From Candidatus Woesearchaeota archaeon (lineage in GTDB: Archaea > Nanobdellota > Nanobdellia > SCGC-AAA011-G17 > JACPIM01), in contig CAZELK010000007.1 of assembly GCA_964513145.1 (NCBI GenBank), positions 1-11,859 on the forward strand: a stretch of 11,859 bases of DNA. The letters are read 5' to 3'. Below, in pieces: positions 6,838-11,859 of this stretch. How positions within the stretch are numbered: the stretch's first letter is position 1; the number at the start of each line of letters is the position of its first letter. The position numbers and the translations under genes are program-made. A model generated the notes under the pieces. That model saw only the letters and a program-made list of their open reading frames with translations. It had not been told where the DNA came from and made no database searches.

Positions 6838-7380
6838 TTATCCCAAGATTTCTTCAATCTTTGTAATAAACTCTTCCGCATCTTCCAATGCGCTAACTGC
6901 ATTTTCTTTTGAAATTCCCGGGGTTGCATCATACTGTGCAGTTTCCCTTCTTGTCTTTGTCTGAATCAGTTTATTTATCAAATCTTCACTCAACACATAT
7001 GCTTTAGTAAGTTGTTGAATGTGCTTTGCTTCAAGATTTTTCTGTTTATGGACATAATTTTGTTCTAAAACACAGATTGTGGCAGCATGACTTTTTGATT
7101 TGAATCCAAGCTTTGCCAAAGCAGCTAATGCTGAAACATACATTGAGTAATATGAAACAACAATAACCCATTCGTACATTTCAAAATCATAAGAAAGTGC
7201 AAGTGTTTTCTTAAACTCATCTTGTTCAGAAATCTTGAACATCAGGTTTGCAATAGTAAAATTCTTTCGTGCCTTTTTTAAAAATGGCTTTTCCAGTTTA
7301 GTGTATTCATCATTCTTGAGCAATTGCTCTTTTTGCAGGCATCTCTCAATTTTCTTTTTCAAAAAGTCTGTTCTTGCCAT
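6838..7380 (-). CDS. HEPN domain protein (UPF0332-type), putative toxin of an MNT-HEPN module
   Basis: YYSMYVSALAAL..LGFKSKSH and R-x4-Y (RETAQY) motifs; overlaps the upstream MNT gene by 22 nt. Confidence 0.88.
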   Translation of the reverse strand: MARTDFLKKKIERCLQKEQLLKNDEYTKLEKPFLKKARKNFTIANLMFKISEQDEFKKTLALSYDFEMYEWVIVVSYYSMYVSALAALAKLGFKSKSHAATICVLEQNYVHKQKNLEAKHIQQLTKAYVLSEDLINKLIQTKTRRETAQYDATPGISKENAVSALEDAEEFITKIEEILG

Positions 7381-8009
7381 GATATTAACCTCCAGAATTG
7401 TTCTGAGCCATAGAATGCAACACCATATTCCCTTGCTTCTTTTCCAATATTCATCCCTTTAGATTTTAACATTTTCTCAAATTCTTCCACGTCAGTGATT
7501 ATAGGACTTATTTTAACATTGTGAGAATGCTGGTAACTTGCACATTCTCTCTCTATTTTTTCTCTTACAGCTTTATCTTTAATATTGCTTACAATAAAAA
7601 GTAAATCAACATCTGATGATTTTGTAGCTGTTCCTTTGGCATAGCTCCCAAATAAAACTATTGAATGAAGTGAGGCAGTTATCTGATTCATGAGTTTTAA
7701 CATAATCTCCTCAAGAATTCTTTTTAATTTTTGATTATTTTTATACAATTCTTCTTTTCTTGCTAAATCCACTTCCTGAAGAAAATGACGAGATTGCACG
7801 TTTTCAAGATTGAGGAAACACTGCTTTGAACTTCCTACTTTTTTTACAATAATCGCATTTTTCTCCCCTAATTCGGAAATATGGTTGTATGCTGGACGAT
7901 ATCCTATACTGAGCAATTTTGAGATCTCTAGTATAGTGAATCCCTTACCAAGATTATTTCTCAATAAACCAACAATTTTTAATACAGTTTCGCGTCTCAT
8001 GCTATTCAC
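7359..8009 (-). CDS. wHTH-MNT fusion (minimal nucleotidyltransferase antitoxin); start GTG 8009 or ATG 8000
   Basis: N-terminal FTILEISKLLSIGYRPAYNHISELGEKNAI wHTH; C-terminal LFGSYAKGTATKSSDVDLL = GS-x10-DxD. Confidence 0.9.
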   Translation of the reverse strand: MNSMRRETVLKIVGLLRNNLGKGFTILEISKLLSIGYRPAYNHISELGEKNAIIVKKVGSSKQCFLNLENVQSRHFLQEVDLARKEELYKNNQKLKRILEEIMLKLMNQITASLHSIVLFGSYAKGTATKSSDVDLLFIVSNIKDKAVREKIERECASYQHSHNVKISPIITDVEEFEKMLKSKGMNIGKEAREYGVAFYGSEQFWRLISWQEQTF

Positions 8010-8043
8010 TTAATGAATAATATTATTCACTTTAATATATAAA
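8002..8043 (-). promoter_or_regulatory. TATA box (8036-8043) with a perfect 16-bp palindrome TGAATAATATTATTCA (8014-8029)
   Basis: The palindrome lies between TTTATATA and the start. An overlapping TATTCA-N5-TGAATA dyad sits at 8003-8019. Confidence 0.65.
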
Positions 8044-8151
8044 TGTTTCTTATTTTCTGGCTTTGATGATATGAGAATTCTTATAGCTGTGGAGTGCGCT
8101 CCATTTGTGAGACTGTAGTTAAATGAATAAGACGAAGATTACAAGATCTAC

Positions 8152-9441
8152 CTAATAACCTAAGAGCCATTTCCATAAAGGAATAAATTTAATTTTTTGT
8201 TGCTCTTTCTCAAGATCTTTTGTTATTATTACCATCTCTTTTGTTTTGTTGAAATTCTTTTTAAACTCCAACAATGCCCTAATCTCCCTCTCATCAATAT
8301 TATCAGTATATGAGACATTAATTATACTTAAACTATTATCTTTATTTTTAACTATAAAATCAACTTCATGTTGTTTTGAGTTCTTCCAATAATAAATATT
8401 TTTTATTTTTCTTCGTAGATGAAGAAAGACAGAATTTTCTGCAAGCTTTCCTTCGTCCTTTGAAAATTTAAATGCGACTGAATTTCTTAATCCATTATCT
8501 ATGCAATAAACTTTTTTGGCTTTGGTCTTTTGTTCTTTTATTGAATATGAAAAATGTTCCAATGTAAAAAATAAAAACGCTTCTTTGAAATAAGACATAT
8601 AATCTTTTGCTGAATCATATGCTATTCCCAGAGAATTTCTTATTTTTCTTAATGAAATCTGGCTTGTAAAATTAGTTATTAAAAATAAAGCCAGGTCACT
8701 TGTTTTTTGGTTATTTGAATTGTACCTATCGACTATATCTTTATAAATTATATCGTCAAAATATTGCTTGAGAACTTGTAATTTAAATTGTTCTTCTTTT
8801 AAGACTATCTCTGGAAACCCACCCAACTCCAAATAGTCTACTAATTTATTTATTATAATAATTTTTGATTTCTCTAACAAAATTCCTTTTTCAATATTCT
8901 CTTTCTTCAATTCTACACCCTTAAACAAAAGAAATTCCTGTAAACTCAAAGGGAAAACTTCAAAAGTCAGATTTCTCCCTGTAAGAAGAATGGAGTATTC
9001 TTTTTTTAACAGATAAGAGCAAGATCCAGAAATAACAAATTTATCTTTAGTTTTTAGATCATACTTCTTTTTTACCCATGACTCCCAACCTTCTTTTTTA
9101 TGTATTTCATCAAAAAATATATATGCTTTTTTGTCTGGATTAAGGCTGCCTCTATAGCTTTGATATATCTCGTCCAAAGAATCTTGGGATAATTTTTTGT
9201 CATCAAAATTAACAAATAATATTTGTTTAGTGTCTACTCCTGTTTCCAGAAGTTTAGCTATCATTTGGTACATTATTGTCGATTTACCAGACCTCCTGAC
9301 TCCAGTTATTATTGTTATTTCTTTTATTAAAATAGAATCAACTAAAGAGTCGTATTCTGACCTATGTATACCTGTGAGCTCTTTTAACAGATTTTTATCT
9401 TCCCACCATGGGTTCCATTCGCTTAATTTTTCAAGTTGCAT
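8152..9441 (-). CDS. COG1373 AAA+ ATPase (AAA_14 + DUF4143-type C-terminus)
   Basis: Walker A GVRRSGKS, Walker B YIFFDE, VISGS, LTGR, GGFP, YCIDNGL, HEVDF, and the terminal IPLWKWLL motif. Confidence 0.93.
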   Translation of the reverse strand: MQLEKLSEWNPWWEDKNLLKELTGIHRSEYDSLVDSILIKEITIITGVRRSGKSTIMYQMIAKLLETGVDTKQILFVNFDDKKLSQDSLDEIYQSYRGSLNPDKKAYIFFDEIHKKEGWESWVKKKYDLKTKDKFVISGSCSYLLKKEYSILLTGRNLTFEVFPLSLQEFLLFKGVELKKENIEKGILLEKSKIIIINKLVDYLELGGFPEIVLKEEQFKLQVLKQYFDDIIYKDIVDRYNSNNQKTSDLALFLITNFTSQISLRKIRNSLGIAYDSAKDYMSYFKEAFLFFTLEHFSYSIKEQKTKAKKVYCIDNGLRNSVAFKFSKDEGKLAENSVFLHLRRKIKNIYYWKNSKQHEVDFIVKNKDNSLSIINVSYTDNIDEREIRALLEFKKNFNKTKEMVIITKDLEKEQQKIKFIPLWKWLLGY

Positions 9442-9492
9442 GTTACAAAATAATGTAACTTATTATATTTAAATGTTACGTTTATGTGTAAC
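9442..9492 (-). promoter_or_regulatory. Two GTTAC-N8-GTAAC inverted repeats flanking TTTAAATA (9466-9473)
   Basis: GTTAC-aaaataat-GTAAC at 9442-9459 and GTTAC-gtttatgt-GTAAC at 9475-9492, offset 33 bp. Confidence 0.7.
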
Positions 9493-9656
9493 AAATATTA
9501 TGCTTTAATGTAATAGCCCTTGTATGTTTCATATTAGCGCTTCTTAAATACACTTTCTAATTGATAATAGTATCCCAAATTAAGTACAATAACCCTTTAA
9601 AGCTTCATTTTTTTGGTTTAAGCTATTTTTGGCTCTAAATTAAATACTATCTTCTA

Positions 9657-9692
9657 CTAGAAAGTGTAGTCAACAAACTTTTTTTCTATCAT
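9657..9692 (-). pseudogene. 11-codon stub (MIEKKFVDYTF*) coupled to the AbiEi-like gene; probable scar of a lost toxin gene
   Basis: ATG 9692-9690 overlaps the TGA of 9689..10303 (ATGA), followed by TAG TAG. No ORF follows before 9492. Confidence 0.4.
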
Positions 9693-10303
9693 AACATCTC
9701 TTTTAATCTTTTAATTGTTCTTTTATCAAAACTTTTGGAGTATTTAAGTAGCTTATTCTTTGAACATTTCTCAAATATTTCTTCTGGAACTAATTTAATA
9801 TTCCCATGCTCTTTTAAATAAATAAAGTCAATCATTGTTTTTTCAATATCTGAATATGGCAAGTTTTTATTAAGTATTCCAAATGATGTAAGGTTAGATT
9901 TTATTTTCATGAATTTTATTTTATATCCTAAAATTAAAAATGGTTTGGCTCTAAATATTTTATCATTAATAATGTAGTCAATTGTAAAGTATTCATGCGT
10001 TAGATTGTTAAGCTTTAGAGCAGTTGACAATCCAAAATACCAATTTTTAACTCCTTTTATTTTTAATGCCTCTTTTATAGCTTCGAGATGGTTAATATTA
10101 ATTTTATTTAGTTTTCTTTCTTCTATTGACTTTATATAGAAAATTCCTCTTAAAATTCTTATTAAATATTTATAGTGAGTCAAATATCTTATTGTAACAT
10201 AATAGTCCAGACTGAGTTTTTTGCAATCTACCCTAAGCTCTTCTCTTGTGATAAACTTCTTATCATTCAATTCTAATTTCCTTACTATTAATTTAATAGC
10301 CAT
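9689..10303 (-). CDS. AbiEi-like (COG5340-type) type IV TA antitoxin/transcriptional regulator
   Basis: N-terminal wHTH ending LIRILRGIFYI, then YFGLSTALKLNNLT and SDIEKTMIDFIY, which are AbiEi-like motifs. Confidence 0.8.
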   Translation of the reverse strand: MAIKLIVRKLELNDKKFITREELRVDCKKLSLDYYVTIRYLTHYKYLIRILRGIFYIKSIEERKLNKININHLEAIKEALKIKGVKNWYFGLSTALKLNNLTHEYFTIDYIINDKIFRAKPFLILGYKIKFMKIKSNLTSFGILNKNLPYSDIEKTMIDFIYLKEHGNIKLVPEEIFEKCSKNKLLKYSKSFDKRTIKRLKEML

Positions 10304-10307
10304 ATTG

Positions 10308-10345
10308 TATTGTTATAAAATATATAACAATATGATATTTATAAA
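10308..10345 (-). promoter_or_regulatory. 10-bp inverted repeat TATTGTTATA-N5-TATAACAATA and TATA box TTTATAAATA (10336-10345)
   Basis: Perfect arms at 10308-10317 and 10323-10332, directly upstream of ATG 10303. AbiEi antitoxins are known to autoregulate via promoter inverted repeats. Confidence 0.7.
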
Positions 10346-10546
10346 TTTATCTTTTCTTTAAAAGAAAATTGCTATTTTTTGTTAAGATAAGGCTTGTTTT
10401 GGAGTGAACCCTTTACCAAAATGTAAAACATACCCTGAATAGTCATAGTGCTGCTTCGACCACGAATTTTTCCTTTGGTTAATAATTTTCATAAGTGTTT
10501 TCAATTAAAGCTAGCTAGACTAGTAATTTTTGTTTTTATTTCAAAT

Positions 10547-11803
10547 TTAATTACTTTGCAACAGCCACTTCCAGGCAGGTATAAGTTTTACAGTACCTTC
10601 TTCAAATTTTATTTGACTTTCTTGATTTTTTGTTATCAAAAATGATTCTTTTTTATTAAATTTTTTCATAAATTTCTTTAATGGCTTAATATCCTCATCT
10701 TTTATTTTTTCCTGGTATTTTACTCCTATTGGGATATCATTATAAATTATATCTATTTCATTTCCATTTTTCCAGAAACTTCTTGCCTGGACATGATTTA
10801 CTATTAATGTTTCAATTATTTTTCCAAAAAAAGCTTCGTCTATATTTGATTTATACAAATAGATCAAGCTATTATCTGTTGGGTAAGCCCTCTTCTTTTT
10901 CCTTAATGAAGCCAGACTTCCTTTTCTGTAATTTCCAAGAATATTAATCAAAAAGCTTTCTTTCAAATAATTAAAATAATCCTTTACTACCCGCCTATCT
11001 TTTCCAAATTGTTTACTTATAGATTGATAGTCTATATACGCCCCGGGATTTGTTGCTATAATTTCAAGAAGAATTCGAAGAAATCCTGGATCTTCTATTT
11101 TAAACATCATTGGAATATCTTTATAGATTATTTTGTCAACTACCAAAGAAGATATATATTCTTTAAAATCCCTACTACTTTCAATTTCAAATGTCTCTGG
11201 AAAACCGCCTTTTTCTGCAAATTTAATAAAAAAAGAATTTATTTTTGTTTCATACTTGAAATCCTCTTCCTTTATTCCATTAAATCTCAAATATTCTTTA
11301 AAAGTAAAGGTTGCCAATGTGAATTCAAAGATTCTGCCTGCCAATGTTTCTTTAGTTTTTTTCCTTATGAAAAGAGACTCAGAACCAGCAATAATAAATT
11401 TTAATTTTGGATATAGATCATAATACTTTTTCAACTCGTTTTCCCAATTGCTACATTTTTGAATTTCATCCAAAAACACATAAATTTTCTCTTCTCTTAG
11501 GTCTTTTTTATGAAATTCTTTATATGCTTCCATAACCTCATTAAGTTTTACAAGGGTTTCGTCAAATGAAAAAAATAGAATGTTCTCTGGTGAAATGTTT
11601 TTGTCTATTAATTCTTTAATTAGCTGATAAATTATTGTTGTTTTTCCGACCCTTCGAATGCCAACTAAGGCTAAAATAAACCTATTTTTTAAATGACTTT
11701 CTATATCTCGGTATATGTTTCTCTTAAAAGGCAATGCTAATTCAATATCAACTTTTCTTCTAGTCCACCAATGATTAAATTCTTCTAATTTTGATTTTTC
11801 CAT
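10547..11803 (-). CDS. COG1373 AAA+ ATPase (AAA_14 + DUF4143-type C-terminus)
   Basis: Walker A GIRRVGKT, Walker B YVFLDE, IAGSES, LAGR, GGFPE, YPTDNSL, NEIDI, and terminal IPAWKWLL. Confidence 0.93.
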   Translation of the reverse strand: MEKSKLEEFNHWWTRRKVDIELALPFKRNIYRDIESHLKNRFILALVGIRRVGKTTIIYQLIKELIDKNISPENILFFSFDETLVKLNEVMEAYKEFHKKDLREEKIYVFLDEIQKCSNWENELKKYYDLYPKLKFIIAGSESLFIRKKTKETLAGRIFEFTLATFTFKEYLRFNGIKEEDFKYETKINSFFIKFAEKGGFPETFEIESSRDFKEYISSLVVDKIIYKDIPMMFKIEDPGFLRILLEIIATNPGAYIDYQSISKQFGKDRRVVKDYFNYLKESFLINILGNYRKGSLASLRKKKRAYPTDNSLIYLYKSNIDEAFFGKIIETLIVNHVQARSFWKNGNEIDIIYNDIPIGVKYQEKIKDEDIKPLKKFMKKFNKKESFLITKNQESQIKFEEGTVKLIPAWKWLLQSN

Positions 11804-11805
11804 AT

Positions 11806-11854
11806 GTACAATATAATGTACTTATTTATAAATATTATGGTCATTATAATGTAC
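11806..11854 (-). promoter_or_regulatory. Two G(T/G)(A/T)C-N8-GTAC sites flanking TTTATAAA (11825-11832)
   Basis: GTAC-aatataat-GTAC at 11806-11821 and GGTC-attataat-GTAC at 11839-11854, offset 33 bp; TATAATGTACTTATT is repeated exactly. Confidence 0.6.
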
Positions 11855-11859
11855 TTATT

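Noticed and set aside
10385-10414. GKGFTPKQALS recalls a YcaO-family GKG-x-T-x-x-QA motif
   Set aside because: Ten residues in a 36-codon ORF with no other YcaO features.
1498-11423. All plus-strand ORFs in the track (1498, 2395, 2898, 3719, 5775, 7235, 7810, 9197, 10448, 10729, 11009, 11133)
   Set aside because: Short Phe/Leu/Ile/Ser-rich antisense shadows of Lys/Glu/Asn-rich minus-strand genes, with no motifs or promoters.

Overview
Very AT-rich window in which every credible gene lies on the minus strand. TTTA(T/A)A(T/A)A boxes ~20-35 nt ahead of most starts, a secreted protein with ~50 N-glycosylation sequons and the protein families point to an archaeon, probably DPANN (Woesearchaeota/Pacearchaeota-like); this is inference. 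The left part (1-3130) is a two-gene unit: a tandem-HTH protein coupled to a >840-aa membrane-anchored LamG/beta-propeller surface protein, which the ORF track misses because it runs off the window. The rest (3148-11859) is an accessory/defence-like array of independently promoted modules: a wHTH + AbiEii-like nucleotidyltransferase pair, a Bro-N protein, a wHTH-MNT/HEPN pair, two COG1373 AAA+ ATPases and an orphan AbiEi-like antitoxin. Remnants lie between them: an IS1634-like end, a 96%-identical ATPase tail, a dead copy of the ATPase promoter, a HEPN tail and a probable toxin stub. The most notable signal is a 27-37 bp direct repeat (3148, 5454, 6747) at the 3' boundary of successive modules, which suggests a cassette-type recombination array.
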